From the NCBI GenBank assembly GCA_041662245.1, contig JBAZSW010000004.1, positions 75,454-139,453 on the forward strand: a DNA stretch of 64,000 nt, written 5' to 3'. The stretch is from Parcubacteria group bacterium (GTDB lineage Bacteria > Patescibacteriota > Minisyncoccia > Moranbacterales > UBA9337). Both the position numbers and the translations under genes were made by a program. The notes beneath the pieces are model-generated. The model ran no database searches and had not been told where the DNA came from. It saw only the letters and a list, made by a program, of their open reading frames with translations. This document shows, piece after piece, positions 18,705 to 30,017 of the stretch. How positions within the stretch are numbered: position 1 is the first letter of the stretch; each line of letters starts with the position of its first letter.

Positions 18705-20145
18705 AACCCAAGATAGCCCCTATTATAAAAACAACCGCTAACCAGCCAAAAACCTTTACCCATATTGGATTTGTTTCTCGACCCATTATTTTTTTATCAT
18801 CCCCCACTATCATTATTGAAATCAGTAGAGGCAAAGAAATTATTCCATTTAAGAAAGCAGCATAATAGAGAGCAGTAATTGGATTAACATGAAAAAAGTT
18901 CAAGGATAATCCCACTAAAATCGAAAAAACTATTACTAAATAAAATCCCTTAGCTCGAGAAAATTTATTATCTAATCCTTCCCTCCATTTCATCACTTCG
19001 GCCAAAGCATAAGCACCACTACCAGCCAATATTGGCACAGCCAAAAGTCCTGTCCCAATTATTCCAAAAGCGAATAATAAATAGGCATGCTCTCCAGCTA
19101 ACGGTCGCAAAGCCTCAGCGGCTTGTTGAGCAGATTGAATATCCGTAACCCCATTTTTAAATAAAACCTGAGCTGTGGTTAAAACTATAAAAAAGAATAC
19201 AATATTGGCTAAAATCATTCCTGTTCCCACATCTGTTCTCATTTTAACGATTCTCCCATGTCTATTATCGCTTTTCTGATTCATTAATTTACGAATTTTC
19301 TTATGAAATTTGTTTTCTTCCACTTCGCCGGAAGTTTGCCAAAAAAATAAATAAGGAGTAATACTGGTCCCAAAAACAGCCACTATCGCAAAAAGATATT
19401 CTTGGCTGAATATAAATTTAGGAATAAAAGCAAAACTAACAATTTCTTTCCAATCAGGGTTGATTATTATTCCCGTTACAACATAAGCCAAAACAGAAAA
19501 GGCTAACCATTTCAAGATTTTTACGTAAACATGATAGCCAATAAAAATTTCCAAGACAATGCTCAAAAGCGCAAACATAATTGCTCCTGCATAAAAATTT
19601 ATATCAGTAAGCATCTGAAGTGAAGCTGCCATAGCTCCTAAATCAGCGCCAATGTTTACCACGTTAGCAATAATTAACAAGGTAACTATTGAAATTACTA
19701 TCTTCCTTTTATAATGTTTTTGCAAAACTCCTGTTAATCCCTTATTTGTTACAATTCCAATTCGAGCACAAACTTCTTGAATCGCCATCATCATCGGCAG
19801 TAGCCAAGCTGCCATCCAGATAATACCTAAGCCAAATTTAGCTCCTACTGATGAATATGTTCCTATTCCGCTTGGATCATCATCCGACGCACCGGTGATA
19901 AATCCAGGACCCAAAGCTCGAAAAAAATAATAAGCTTTAATCCATGGTTTTTCAATAAGCTTTATTGCCCTCGAAACTTCTGATTCAGCTATTAAAATTA
20001 TTCCCTCGTCATTGCTTACTGATTTAACCTCTTTCCAAGAAATTAACTTTTTCGCCAAAATTAAGGGGATGCCCGCCTTGTGACGGAACTCAGAAAGAGT
20101 AAATAATTTTTCACCAAAAACCTTGCTACTTTTTCTATTCTCCAT
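18679..20145 (-). CDS. mntH: Nramp-family divalent metal transporter with an N-terminal extension of about 70 aa
   Basis: GPGFITGASDDDPSGIGTYSSVGAKFG; polytopic. Confidence 0.88.
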   Translation of the reverse strand: MENRKSSKVFGEKLFTLSEFRHKAGIPLILAKKLISWKEVKSVSNDEGIILIAESEVSRAIKLIEKPWIKAYYFFRALGPGFITGASDDDPSGIGTYSSVGAKFGLGIIWMAAWLLPMMMAIQEVCARIGIVTNKGLTGVLQKHYKRKIVISIVTLLIIANVVNIGADLGAMAASLQMLTDINFYAGAIMFALLSIVLEIFIGYHVYVKILKWLAFSVLAYVVTGIIINPDWKEIVSFAFIPKFIFSQEYLFAIVAVFGTSITPYLFFWQTSGEVEENKFHKKIRKLMNQKSDNRHGRIVKMRTDVGTGMILANIVFFFIVLTTAQVLFKNGVTDIQSAQQAAEALRPLAGEHAYLLFAFGIIGTGLLAVPILAGSGAYALAEVMKWREGLDNKFSRAKGFYLVIVFSILVGLSLNFFHVNPITALYYAAFLNGIISLPLLISIMIVGDDKKIMGRETNPIWVKVFGWLAVVFIIGAILGCGILYFIK

Positions 20146-20185
20146 TTTTTTATTTTTTTACCTCCGCCGAGTGACGGATAGCGCA

Positions 20186-21121
20186 TTAAATTTTTAATTC
20201 CGCTAATTTATTTTTAAACTTTTCAAAAATTCTAGGACCTTGAGGATTGGGAAGAAAAATTAGAGCTTCTTTGCTTATATCAATCAAGCTATCCGGATTA
20301 TCAGTTTTAGGATTTTCTTTAATCTTTTGAGTTTCTATTTTTTCTAGATATTTTTCCAGACAGTCATAATCAAATAAATTTTCCAATAAAACTCTAAAAA
20401 AATTAGTAATTTTATTGTCCCCTGATGAAAATAAATTTCCCTTAGAGGCTAAATAATAGTTAGGTTTGTACTTCCTAATCCAATGATTTCTTATCTGAAA
20501 TCTATGAAAATAATTTTTTCTGTCAAAAAGAGGAAAGCAAAAAAAATATTCGTTGGCTGAATAAAAATCTTTATTTCTAATTTCGAGAGAATTTGTAGTA
20601 ATAAAATAATTAAAGCAAACTCTATTCCTTATTTTATCATGATGCCTTCTTTTCCCCAAAAAATGGGTCCATATAGTTATGAAAGTTCTTCCTATCCAAA
20701 TCCTATTTTCTCTTAAAACAACCAACACATCCCAGTCACTCTTAGGATGAGCATTTTTCATCGCTAGTTTGCCTGTAACTAAGACCATTCTCACAAAAGG
20801 AGATATTTTTAGCAAATTGATTGTTCGACGCATCTTCTTTATCTTAAGTGTCGAAATTTTATTTTTAGCTATTCTCTCCTCTATCAAATCTCTTCTTCCT
20901 TTCAAAAAATACATCCCGTTTTCACTATCAATAAACCGACTTAATTCGTCTTCTTTTAACTCATCTAAAATATCCGCCAGAGAAACCTTTTCAATTTTAT
21001 TATTGAATGTCTCTTCCGTAGAAAGAAGATGCTTCCAAATTTCAAAAAGAGTTAAGGGATAATTCAGAATATCATAATAACAAATAGTATTTAGAATGCT
21101 TTTTCTCAGATTATCATTCAT
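20186..21121 (-). CDS. hypothetical protein with a nucleotidyltransferase-like GS...D.D motif
   Basis: MVLVTGKLAMKNAHPKSDWDVLVV resembles a minimal NTase motif; remainder unassigned. Confidence 0.35.
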   Translation of the reverse strand: MNDNLRKSILNTICYYDILNYPLTLFEIWKHLLSTEETFNNKIEKVSLADILDELKEDELSRFIDSENGMYFLKGRRDLIEERIAKNKISTLKIKKMRRTINLLKISPFVRMVLVTGKLAMKNAHPKSDWDVLVVLRENRIWIGRTFITIWTHFLGKRRHHDKIRNRVCFNYFITTNSLEIRNKDFYSANEYFFCFPLFDRKNYFHRFQIRNHWIRKYKPNYYLASKGNLFSSGDNKITNFFRVLLENLFDYDCLEKYLEKIETQKIKENPKTDNPDSLIDISKEALIFLPNPQGPRIFEKFKNKLAELKI

Positions 21122-21210
21122 ATAATTATTTATGTATCAGAATATTAAAGGATTTATTTATTTTTTATAATTTTGTGCAAATTTAAACAGAAAAATAATG
21201 CATAAAATAA

Positions 21211-24009
21211 CTAAAGAAACTTTCCCGTAGGACTATCCTTTTTATTTTTTAATTTATCAGGGAAACCTTCAAAAATTATTCTACCGCCATCTTTTCCTCC
21301 ATCCGGCCCCAATTCTATTACCCAATCGGCCCCCTTAATAACATCTGTATTGTGTTCCACTATTAAAACAGAATTTCCTCTTTCTACTAAGGCATCACAA
21401 ACACCCAATAATTTTCGAATATCATCGAAATGCAATCCCACCGTAGGTTCATCCAAAATATACAATGTTTTACCTGTTGATTTTCTAGCTAACTCCGTGG
21501 CCAATTTAATTCTCTGTGCTTCTCCACCCGAAAGCTCCACTGCACTTTGCCCTAATTTTAAATAACCCAAACCAACATCTTCCATGATTTTTAGTTTTTC
21601 ATAAATCAAATTATGTTTTTTAAAAAACTTCAAGGCGTAGCTAACGCTCATTTCAAGCACTTCTGAAATATTAGCTCCCTGATATTCAATATCTAAAGTC
21701 TTTTTGTTATAACGAGTCCCTTCACAAGATTCACATTCCACATACATATCAGGCAAAAGATGCATTTCTATTTTTTTCTTTCCATCTCCTTGGCAAATCT
21801 CACAACGACCACCCTTCATATTAAAACTAAATCGACTTGCGTTATATTTTCTATTTTGTGCTTCTTCCGTTAAGGCAAACAATTCTCGAATATGAGAAAA
21901 AACTCCTGTATAAGTAGCCGCATTAGATCTAGGTGTTTTTCCGATTGGAGCTTGCGTAACGTTCACTACTTTATTAATATTTTTTAATCCTTTTATTGAT
22001 TCGTACTCTCCAGGATGAGCCTTGGTATTATAAAAATGTTTATTAAGCACTCGTGCTAAAATATCATTTACCAAAGTAGACTTACCACTTCCTGAAACAC
22101 CACAAATTACTACCATTCTTTCTAGGGGAATACTTATTGAAATATTTTTTAGATTATGCTCTTTGGCTCCAATAATTTCTATGAATTTATCAGATTTTTT
22201 TCTTTTTTCACTCCTCTGGAAAACTTTTTTCTTTCCTGTTAAATATTGAGCGGTTCCTGTATTACTCTTTAACATCTTTTCTACTTTTCCAGTAAAAATA
22301 ACCTCTCCGCCTTCTTCTCCAGCACCTTTCCCCATATCAATCACCCAATCTGATTCTTTAATAAAATCCCTATCGTGTTCCACTACAATTAATGAGTTAT
22401 CTCTATCCCTTAAAGATTTTATTGTATTAATTAATCTTTTATTATCTCGACTATGCAAACCGATTGAAGGTTCATCTAAAACATAAATTATGCCAGTTAA
22501 TTTTGATTTTATTTGAGTAGCCAATCTAATTCGTTGCGCCTCTCCTCCTGAAATGGTCTGCGTTCCTCGAGATAAACTAAGATAACCCAAGCCTACATTT
22601 TCCAATATTTCTAATCGACTGAATATTTCATCTATTAATGCACTCGCCACCTTACCATTAGCCTTATTATTTTTAAAACATTTCAAATATTCTAACAATG
22701 ATTCAATGTCCATATTAACCCAATCATCAATTGATTTTCCGTCAATAAAAATATTTACAAATTCACTTCGCAATCTTTTTCCATCACAAACAGGACAAGT
22801 TTCACTCACCATATATTTTTCGATTTCTTTTCGAGCGTGATCTGATTTAGTGTTCTTGTATTTTTCCTCCATGATTCCGATCACTCCATCAAATTCAGAA
22901 TCTCCCTCCCCATAAAGAATTATATCTAAATACTTTTTGGACAGTTTATTTACAGGAGTATGCAAAGAAAAACCAATTTTTTTGGATAATTTTTCTAACA
23001 TTTGCATCCCTTGTCCACTGCAACCATTTCGACCACCAATGCTCCCCCAAGGTTTTATAGCCCCTTCTGCTAAGGATAATTTTTTATTAGAGATAACTAA
23101 TTCTGCAGAAATTTTCATTTTTACCCCTAAACCAGAACATTCCAAGCAGGCTCCCTCGGGATTATTAAAAGAAAAATGACGTGGCGTTATTTCTTTTATT
23201 TTTACTCCACAATCCCCACAAACAAAATCTCGATTATAAGCAAAAATATTTTTGTTATCTATCATTATCTTCATTGAGCCCGATCCCGCTTTCATAGCTG
23301 TTTCAATTGAGTCCACAATTCTTTCTTCATCCAAATTTTTAGCATCCAACGCCATTCTATCTATTACAATATCTATTTCTGAAAAAATTTCTTTTTCTTT
23401 TATTAGAGTAAAGGCTTCATTAACCGTTAATATTTTTTCGTTAATTCTTACTCTGGCGTAACCTAGTTGGCTGATATGATTTAAATTCTCTATAATATTT
23501 TTATCTTTTTTAGTATAAGGAGCCAAAATCGCCAGCATTGTTTTATTAGGCATTTTTTTAACTTCATCTAAAATATCCTTATTGCTTCTTTTTTCCATTC
23601 GAACACCACAAATCGGGCAATGCGGCTCTCCCACATTGGCAAATAAAATTCTCAAATAATCATATATCTCAGTTAAAGTCCCCACTGTCGAACGCGGACT
23701 GCGAACGACACTTTTTTGATCAATAGAAATAGGCGGACTGAGATTTTCAATGGAATCCACATCTGGTTTAGAAGAAACATCCAAAAAACTTCTAGCATAA
23801 GAGCTCATCCCTTCCACATAGCGTCGATTTCCTTCTACGAAAATAGTATCAAAAGCTAAAGAAGACTTTCCACTTCCAGAAAGTCCCGTTACTACTACAA
23901 ACTTATTTTTAGGTATGTCAACATCAATATTTTTTAAATTATTTACTCTCGCACCCCTAACTAAAATAAAATCTCTTTTGTTTTTCTCCTTTATTTTTTT
24001 GCTTTTCAT
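21211..24009 (-). CDS. uvrA: excinuclease ABC subunit A
   Basis: two ABC ATPase modules ([27 protein letters not shown]) and zinc fingers. Confidence 0.95.
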   Translation of the reverse strand: MKSKKIKEKNKRDFILVRGARVNNLKNIDVDIPKNKFVVVTGLSGSGKSSLAFDTIFVEGNRRYVEGMSSYARSFLDVSSKPDVDSIENLSPPISIDQKSVVRSPRSTVGTLTEIYDYLRILFANVGEPHCPICGVRMEKRSNKDILDEVKKMPNKTMLAILAPYTKKDKNIIENLNHISQLGYARVRINEKILTVNEAFTLIKEKEIFSEIDIVIDRMALDAKNLDEERIVDSIETAMKAGSGSMKIMIDNKNIFAYNRDFVCGDCGVKIKEITPRHFSFNNPEGACLECSGLGVKMKISAELVISNKKLSLAEGAIKPWGSIGGRNGCSGQGMQMLEKLSKKIGFSLHTPVNKLSKKYLDIILYGEGDSEFDGVIGIMEEKYKNTKSDHARKEIEKYMVSETCPVCDGKRLRSEFVNIFIDGKSIDDWVNMDIESLLEYLKCFKNNKANGKVASALIDEIFSRLEILENVGLGYLSLSRGTQTISGGEAQRIRLATQIKSKLTGIIYVLDEPSIGLHSRDNKRLINTIKSLRDRDNSLIVVEHDRDFIKESDWVIDMGKGAGEEGGEVIFTGKVEKMLKSNTGTAQYLTGKKKVFQRSEKRKKSDKFIEIIGAKEHNLKNISISIPLERMVVICGVSGSGKSTLVNDILARVLNKHFYNTKAHPGEYESIKGLKNINKVVNVTQAPIGKTPRSNAATYTGVFSHIRELFALTEEAQNRKYNASRFSFNMKGGRCEICQGDGKKKIEMHLLPDMYVECESCEGTRYNKKTLDIEYQGANISEVLEMSVSYALKFFKKHNLIYEKLKIMEDVGLGYLKLGQSAVELSGGEAQRIKLATELARKSTGKTLYILDEPTVGLHFDDIRKLLGVCDALVERGNSVLIVEHNTDVIKGADWVIELGPDGGKDGGRIIFEGFPDKLKNKKDSPTGKFL

Positions 24010-24111
24010 TATATTAAGTTAAAGTTTAAAAGCTCCATCTAATTAAAAATTTTAGCATAGATTTTAAACGGTGTAAATAACCACAGAAACCCAATTTGAA
24101 AACCAAATTTG

Positions 24112-25227
24112 TTATTTAAAACTTATTACCACAATCTCTGGTCGACCTGAAGTTCGCATCGCTGGTCCCCAAGTACCCACCCCCACAGAAGTATAAATAG
24201 AAAAATCATTCTCTTTGGAAAATCCATAATGATATTTTCCATAGATAAGTTGTGTGATAAATTGGAAGGGAAATAATTGTCCTTTGTGGGTGTGTCCTGC
24301 TAATTGCAAATCAATCCCAATTTTTTTAGCTTCTCTAGCTACAGAAGGACTATGATAGAGAAGAATGCTAGGCTGCTGAGGATTAAAATCTCTTATTTCT
24401 TTTATTATTTTTTTAATATTCTCTTCTTCTCCTCGTTGAGGATAACTCACACCCAAAATTTGCATTCCACTCACATTAATCATTTCATTATTTAAAACCC
24501 TTACTGGAGTTTTTTCAAGAATAGCTACAGTTTTATCTACTCCCAAATAAGTTTCGTGGTTTCCTGTAACAAAATAAACTCCCCCTGATGCCCCAAGATC
24601 GCTCAGTGGTCCCACTAATGCATCTAGCGATCCATCCATTCCATCAAACAAATCCCCTGTAATAAAAACTACGTCTGGATTTTGGATATTGGTTTTACTA
24701 ACTATTTTTGAAAGAAAGTTTTTTCCATAAATATGCCCCAAATGAATATCGGATAATTGCACTACTTTTTTATTTTCCCATTCTTGGGGCAAATTTTTAA
24801 TTTTTACAGTTATATTCTTTATTTTAGGATTAAAAGCGCACCAAACACCATAACTTGAATAAACTAAAGCTAAAATTATAGAAAAAATAGCTAAATATTT
24901 ATAATTAAAATTAAAACTAAAAAATTTAAAAAAACCAACAGTTATCCACAACAACATAAAAGCCATCAAAATATTCCAACCTACTGCTAGCCACAACCCT
25001 GAAATAAAATATATCACTCTAGTAAAGATATTTTCCCCATAATGCGCTAAAATTGAGGAAACTACATAGCTAATGCCCAATGCAAATAATCCAAGAGCTA
25101 ATCCTATTTTGATGTTAGCTGATTCTATAGATAGAAATTTAACCAAAGAGAAATAAATAAAAAAATGTCCCCCAAATAAGATAGCGATAAAAATAAACAA
25201 CATGATAATAACCCCCCAAATATTCAT
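24112..25227 (-). CDS. membrane-anchored calcineurin-like metallophosphoesterase
   Basis: N-terminal TM helices; LSDIHLGH, GDLFDG, GNHE, GHTHKG. Confidence 0.8.
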   Translation of the reverse strand: MNIWGVIIMLFIFIAILFGGHFFIYFSLVKFLSIESANIKIGLALGLFALGISYVVSSILAHYGENIFTRVIYFISGLWLAVGWNILMAFMLLWITVGFFKFFSFNFNYKYLAIFSIILALVYSSYGVWCAFNPKIKNITVKIKNLPQEWENKKVVQLSDIHLGHIYGKNFLSKIVSKTNIQNPDVVFITGDLFDGMDGSLDALVGPLSDLGASGGVYFVTGNHETYLGVDKTVAILEKTPVRVLNNEMINVSGMQILGVSYPQRGEEENIKKIIKEIRDFNPQQPSILLYHSPSVAREAKKIGIDLQLAGHTHKGQLFPFQFITQLIYGKYHYGFSKENDFSIYTSVGVGTWGPAMRTSGRPEIVVISFK

Positions 25228-25555
25228 AGCAAAAAATTAATTATTCTTATTAATGTTACTCATTACATCTTAACTCTTTTCTCTTCTTCTGCCAATTAAA
25301 TCATGCTACCAAATATACTTCCAAGATTTAAAATCCCAATATTAAGCCCTAAATATGGCTCTTTGTCTAGTTGACTACCCTCAGCTATTAAATTAAAATA
25401 AAGAAACCAAGAGATTAAGTGGGCTTTTATGCCCCAGGTCGATTGTTGGTTTTAGGTTTTTTATAAGAGTCTAAAACTAAATTAAAAAGCTTCAATGTAA
25501 GCTGTACTTTAAAAAAATAATTATTGTTCGCAAGAACAATAAACTAGAAAGGTAG

Positions 25556-26236
25556 GTGAAAAAAATGAATAATGATTTCAATAATGATGAAATAGATGAA
25601 ACCGAAGAACCAACTGCTTTGCAAAAAGCTAAAGAGTGGGCTCAAGAAAATCTTCGAATCATAGTCAGTGTTTTAATAGTTTTCTTAATTGCTTCATCCA
25701 TATATTCTTATTCCAAAAGAGGATCTGAAAATAAAGATACCACTAAAGATAGCAGTGAAATAGAAAATATTTTAACTGATTTGTCTTCAGAAGATACTTC
25801 AAGTGACTCAACTGAAGTTACTCCGCCAACTGAAACTGAAAATAACGAAGTAGCCACTTCTCCTGATACTAAAACTGCAGATACGCCTGTAAAAGTAGAA
25901 GAAAAGAAAGCAATAAGCGCACCGACAGCTGAATCAAAAGAAACAGAAAATTCTTTTGTCGAGGTAGCTCAAAAAGGAAATGGGACAACTCATTTAGCCC
26001 GAAGAGCTCTAGCTCATTATTTAGAAAAAAATCCTGATTCTAATCTTACTGCTGAACATAAAATTTACATCGAAGATTATCTACGTAAAAATGTATCCCC
26101 AACGGGACATATGGTAGTTGGTAACTCGGTTGAATTTTCTAAAGACTTAATAAAAAAAGCAATTGAATCTTCCAAAGGTCTAAATGATGCTCAGCTAAAA
26201 AACTTACAAAAATACTCAGCTCACGTAAATTTCTAG
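25556..26236 (+). CDS. hypothetical membrane-anchored protein with Ser/Thr/Glu-rich linker
   Basis: acidic N-terminus, one TM, low-complexity linker, unassigned C-terminal domain. Confidence 0.4.
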   Translation: MKKMNNDFNNDEIDETEEPTALQKAKEWAQENLRIIVSVLIVFLIASSIYSYSKRGSENKDTTKDSSEIENILTDLSSEDTSSDSTEVTPPTETENNEVATSPDTKTADTPVKVEEKKAISAPTAESKETENSFVEVAQKGNGTTHLARRALAHYLEKNPDSNLTAEHKIYIEDYLRKNVSPTGHMVVGNSVEFSKDLIKKAIESSKGLNDAQLKNLQKYSAHVNF

Positions 26237-26290
26237 AATTTTCGGAAAGACTGAAAAATAACTATAGAACACAAGAACTTTAAATAATTA

Positions 26291-26314
26291 AAACCCCGGC
26301 AACGACTGGGGTTT
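26291..26314. terminator. hairpin between convergent genes
   Basis: AAACCCC-GGCAACGACT-GGGGTTT. Confidence 0.5.
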
Positions 26315-26327
26315 TAATATTGGAAAA

Positions 26328-27437
26328 TTATTTTCTTTGCATATAATGTAATCTTTTTTCTTTGGATAATTTTTCGATTGAATAGCGGAGCATCGTACGA
26401 GGCATACATGACGAATATTTGTCCAAAAATTTTAATAGTTCTGGCAACTCTCGCTTACCCATTTCTCTAAGCATCCAACCGGTGGCTTTATGAATCAAGT
26501 CTTCCTTGTCTTGCAATAAAATTTCCGCTATTTTCAAGGTGTCTCTAAAATCTTTATTTTTCAAAAAATAAAAAGTAGCTAAAATTGCAGATCTTCTTTT
26601 CCAAAGATTTTTTGATTTAGCCAAGTCATATAAAAGTCCTCTGTCCCTTTCACTTTCCCAGAGATATCTGCCCACGATATTAGGCACAGTTAAATCCACC
26701 AAATCCCAGTTATTGACGGCTTTTAAATTCTTAAAATAAAATTGATAGATTTTTTTCCGCAACTCCATATCTGCTTTTTCATACTGGTAAGTTAAAATCA
26801 AGAGACCAATCATTCTAAAATCATGATATTCGCTTTTCAACATTTGTTCAATTTCAATAAAATCAAGCTCTATGAATTTTTTAGCAATTTTTCTTTGAAT
26901 CGGCATCATCAATCCCAAAAATTTATCTCCTTCTCCATATTGACCCTTTTTAGTCTTAAAAAATCTCGATAAAACCACAGCCTTTTCTTTGCTTCTGTTT
27001 TTGTTTATTTCCTTAGCAATATTAATAAATTTCATATTTTTTAATTTCGATGATTTATAAATCTCTGGTTTATATGAATTTAATTTGATAATTTTTGTTT
27101 TTTCTAAATTAATTCTTCCTAATTCCTTCTTTAGATTATCAACAAAAAACTTCTGATCATATCCCAAACAAATAATTTGAGGGCGATATTTTTTGATAAC
27201 AAGATATTTGTCTGTTAAACTTCCCAACAATAGTTTATCCACTAAGTTATTTTTTTTAATTTCTGCTAAACGTTTTTTCTCATTATTTAAAGGATATCTT
27301 CCCTTAACTTTCTTTACAGTTGCATCTCGCGCCACTACTACAATTAAGTATTCCCCGTATTTTTTGGCTTGTTTTAAAAAATTAAGATGACCTTTATGGA
27401 AAATATCAAAAGTTCCAAAAACCATTACAATTTTCAT
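26328..27437 (-). CDS. fusion protein: cytidylyltransferase-like (TagD/RibL-like) N-terminal domain plus DNA alkylation repair (AlkD-like HEAT repeat) C-terminal domain
   Basis: N-term VFGTFDIFHKGHLNFLKQAKKYGEYLIVVVARD (HxGH nucleotidyltransferase); C-term NNWDLVD, WKRRSAILAT, KATGWMLRE typical of the DNA_alkylation family. Confidence 0.6.
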   Translation of the reverse strand: MKIVMVFGTFDIFHKGHLNFLKQAKKYGEYLIVVVARDATVKKVKGRYPLNNEKKRLAEIKKNNLVDKLLLGSLTDKYLVIKKYRPQIICLGYDQKFFVDNLKKELGRINLEKTKIIKLNSYKPEIYKSSKLKNMKFINIAKEINKNRSKEKAVVLSRFFKTKKGQYGEGDKFLGLMMPIQRKIAKKFIELDFIEIEQMLKSEYHDFRMIGLLILTYQYEKADMELRKKIYQFYFKNLKAVNNWDLVDLTVPNIVGRYLWESERDRGLLYDLAKSKNLWKRRSAILATFYFLKNKDFRDTLKIAEILLQDKEDLIHKATGWMLREMGKRELPELLKFLDKYSSCMPRTMLRYSIEKLSKEKRLHYMQRK

Positions 27438-27528
27438 ATATTTTTATAAAATTAAAAAGGTAACCCATTTAGACTAGCTACCCTTTTAAAATTCTAAATC
27501 TTTTTTTGCAATATAATTTTAAATTTAT

Positions 27529-29145
27529 TTAACGACCTCTGCGTGCAATTATTTCTTCCCCAATCGGTAGCTCTACGATAAAAGTTGAACCTTTTTCTAC
27601 CCCAGCCGACTCTGCCCAAATTTTTCCACCATGCGCCTCTACAATTTTTCGTCCCACATAAATTCCTAACCCAATTCCCCCTGCCGCCAGTTGATCAGCG
27701 TTACTCCCTCTGGAAAACTTTTTGAATAAGCCACCTATCTCACTTTTTGAAATTCCCATGCCAGTGTCAGACACTTCCACTCTTATGGTGGTATCCGTTT
27801 TTTTAACTCTTACTGTGATTGAGCCTTCCGCTGTGTACTTTATGGAGTTATCTATAAGATTAGATATGACCTCTCTAATTTTGTTAGAGTCCATTGTGAT
27901 ATTGGGAATTTTTTCACTTAATGCTTCTATCCTAAGCTGCAAACCTTTATCTTTAGCTTTAATTTCAAAAGTGCTCTTTAAGTCCTCAATTATTTTTTTA
28001 AAAGATTGATTGGGTTGAAAATCATATTGCATTTTTCCTGATTCTATTCTAGAAATATTTAAAATATCTTCAACTAGTTCAATTAATCTTTCATTAGAAG
28101 CGAAAGCTCGTGACAAAGAGTCTTTTGTTTCCGCATCTAAATTATTATTGGGATCTTCCTTGGCCAAAGCTAGATAGCCTTTTATGACTGTAGGAGGAGT
28201 TCTTAATTGATGAGCAGCAATCGATATAAATTCATTTTTAGCGTTATCCAATTCTCTTAGTTTTTTATTGCTATTTTCTAATTTTTTGCCCAATTTTTCC
28301 AATTCTTCTTTTTGAATAATATCTCTCCTATAATTTTTGATAAGAAGATTAGAAAATGCCAACAAAAAGATAAGTGTTATCAGGCGATAGACTACTCCAA
28401 TAACATTTTCCGAAAAAAACATTTCAATTATATTTATGGAAAGTATTATGCCTATCAGTATTTGAGCACAAAATATCTTTACATTTATTAACCGATCCTT
28501 TATCACCACATAAGCCACTAAGAAGGCATTCAGAAATATCGATACCACACCACTGTAAAGAAAATATTTCACTCCATAGAAAGCTGGCAAATTCAAAACC
28601 CCTAAAATTACAATCAAAGATGAAATTAGCAAAATATTCCTATTAACAAATTTAGTTTCTCTATTTCTGCTTTTTATTATCGAGTTTACCAGTTCTACAA
28701 TTCCTAAAATATAAAATCCAATATAAATAAAAATAAAATAGGAAACAAAAATTGCTCCACTTATTGAACTTGGATTGAATATTTCTAGATTATTGTGATA
28801 AAGATTAAGCGAATAAAAAAGGACAAACATAAATGAAATCAAATAGCCCAAAAAAACTATTAATTTTTTAGTTTTATTTAACAGAGTTATCACCCAATAA
28901 TAGTAAGTAACTGGAATCAAGACAAATCCCAAATTAAAAATACTTATCCAATAATCAGTATGAGCATAATAATCCATTTTTAACCAAGTGTAATAACCAA
29001 AACTCCACCAACCCAAAAAAAACAAAATCATTACCGAAATAAAATTAATTTTCTTTACCTCTTCAAATAAAAAAGTAATCATCAAAACCATAGTCAAAAT
29101 ACCCCCAATAAAATACACTGCCGATAACAATCTAGCTAATTCCAT
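27529..29145 (-). CDS. sensor histidine kinase with polytopic N-terminal membrane domain
   Basis: HQLRTPPTVIKGY H-box; DTGMGISKSE and GGIGLGIYVG G-boxes; at least 6 TM helices. Confidence 0.85.
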   Translation of the reverse strand: MELARLLSAVYFIGGILTMVLMITFLFEEVKKINFISVMILFFLGWWSFGYYTWLKMDYYAHTDYWISIFNLGFVLIPVTYYYWVITLLNKTKKLIVFLGYLISFMFVLFYSLNLYHNNLEIFNPSSISGAIFVSYFIFIYIGFYILGIVELVNSIIKSRNRETKFVNRNILLISSLIVILGVLNLPAFYGVKYFLYSGVVSIFLNAFLVAYVVIKDRLINVKIFCAQILIGIILSINIIEMFFSENVIGVVYRLITLIFLLAFSNLLIKNYRRDIIQKEELEKLGKKLENSNKKLRELDNAKNEFISIAAHQLRTPPTVIKGYLALAKEDPNNNLDAETKDSLSRAFASNERLIELVEDILNISRIESGKMQYDFQPNQSFKKIIEDLKSTFEIKAKDKGLQLRIEALSEKIPNITMDSNKIREVISNLIDNSIKYTAEGSITVRVKKTDTTIRVEVSDTGMGISKSEIGGLFKKFSRGSNADQLAAGGIGLGIYVGRKIVEAHGGKIWAESAGVEKGSTFIVELPIGEEIIARRGR

Positions 29146-29213
29146 AAAAATATAATTAATAAAACTACTCTTATTATAACAAAAAATAATAATAATTCCA
29201 AAATATTTTAAAA

Positions 29214-29528
29214 TTATTTTTTAAATCCACCAGAGATCTTTATAACTGAATCAAAATTATCCTTATCATTGACTTTATTAAACCTTTCAAAACCACATTT
29301 ATCACATTTATGCAATAAAAAATATTTTCCTCCTTTTCTCAACTCCAACCCCACAGGCTTCATTAGACCACCACAAATTTCCAGTCTGTCTCCGGGATTT
29401 TTGTCTACATGCTTACTGCAAAGACATCGCGGACAATGATTGGTATACCCATCTCCCACCACCAAAAAACTGCAATTCTCACAAATGAAATCCTCCTTCT
29501 TTTTTTGAAATTTCTTAGCTAATAACAT
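29214..29528 (-). CDS. RNHCP-domain zinc-ribbon protein
   Basis: CENCSF...YTNHCPRCLCSKHVDKNPGDRLEICGG matches the RNHCP signature. Confidence 0.55.
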   Translation of the reverse strand: MLLAKKFQKKKEDFICENCSFLVVGDGYTNHCPRCLCSKHVDKNPGDRLEICGGLMKPVGLELRKGGKYFLLHKCDKCGFERFNKVNDKDNFDSVIKISGGFKK

Positions 29529-29558
29529 TTTTAGTATATTTATGATTTGTAAACTCTA

Positions 29559-30011
29559 TTATTTTAGTTTATCTCCTATTTTTATTCCGCAACGATCAGC
29601 ATCATGGGCATTTAATTCCAAAACTTTATTAACTTTTTCCTTAGAAGAATAAACCTTTTTTGACTGTTGGTTTATATTTTTATTTATGTCAACAACTTTG
29701 TTATCCACCAACCAAACCATATCTATTGAAAAACGCATTCCCTTCATCCAAAAATAGTGCTTTTCTTTTTTATCAAACAAAAAAAGCATCCCGCAGTTTT
29801 GACAAAGAGAATCTCTGCCAGCTAAGCCTTTTTCTCTCAGCTCATCCGTTGCAACAGTTTCAATATTAATATTACAGTTTCCCAAAGAGATATTGTTACT
29901 TATCAAAACCTCTTCTCTCACTGTCATTTTTTTCCAATAGAAAATTCCCCCCGACAAAAGAATAATCAATATAAATAGCGCCCCTAGGATAATTTTATTT
30001 TTTTTCATCAT
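29559..30011 (-). CDS. DUF192-like secreted or membrane-anchored protein
   Basis: signal/TM then ...MRFSIDMVWLVDNKVVDI, DUF192-like. Confidence 0.45.
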   Translation of the reverse strand: MMKKNKIILGALFILIILLSGGIFYWKKMTVREEVLISNNISLGNCNINIETVATDELREKGLAGRDSLCQNCGMLFLFDKKEKHYFWMKGMRFSIDMVWLVDNKVVDINKNINQQSKKVYSSKEKVNKVLELNAHDADRCGIKIGDKLK

Positions 30012-30017
30012 ATATTT

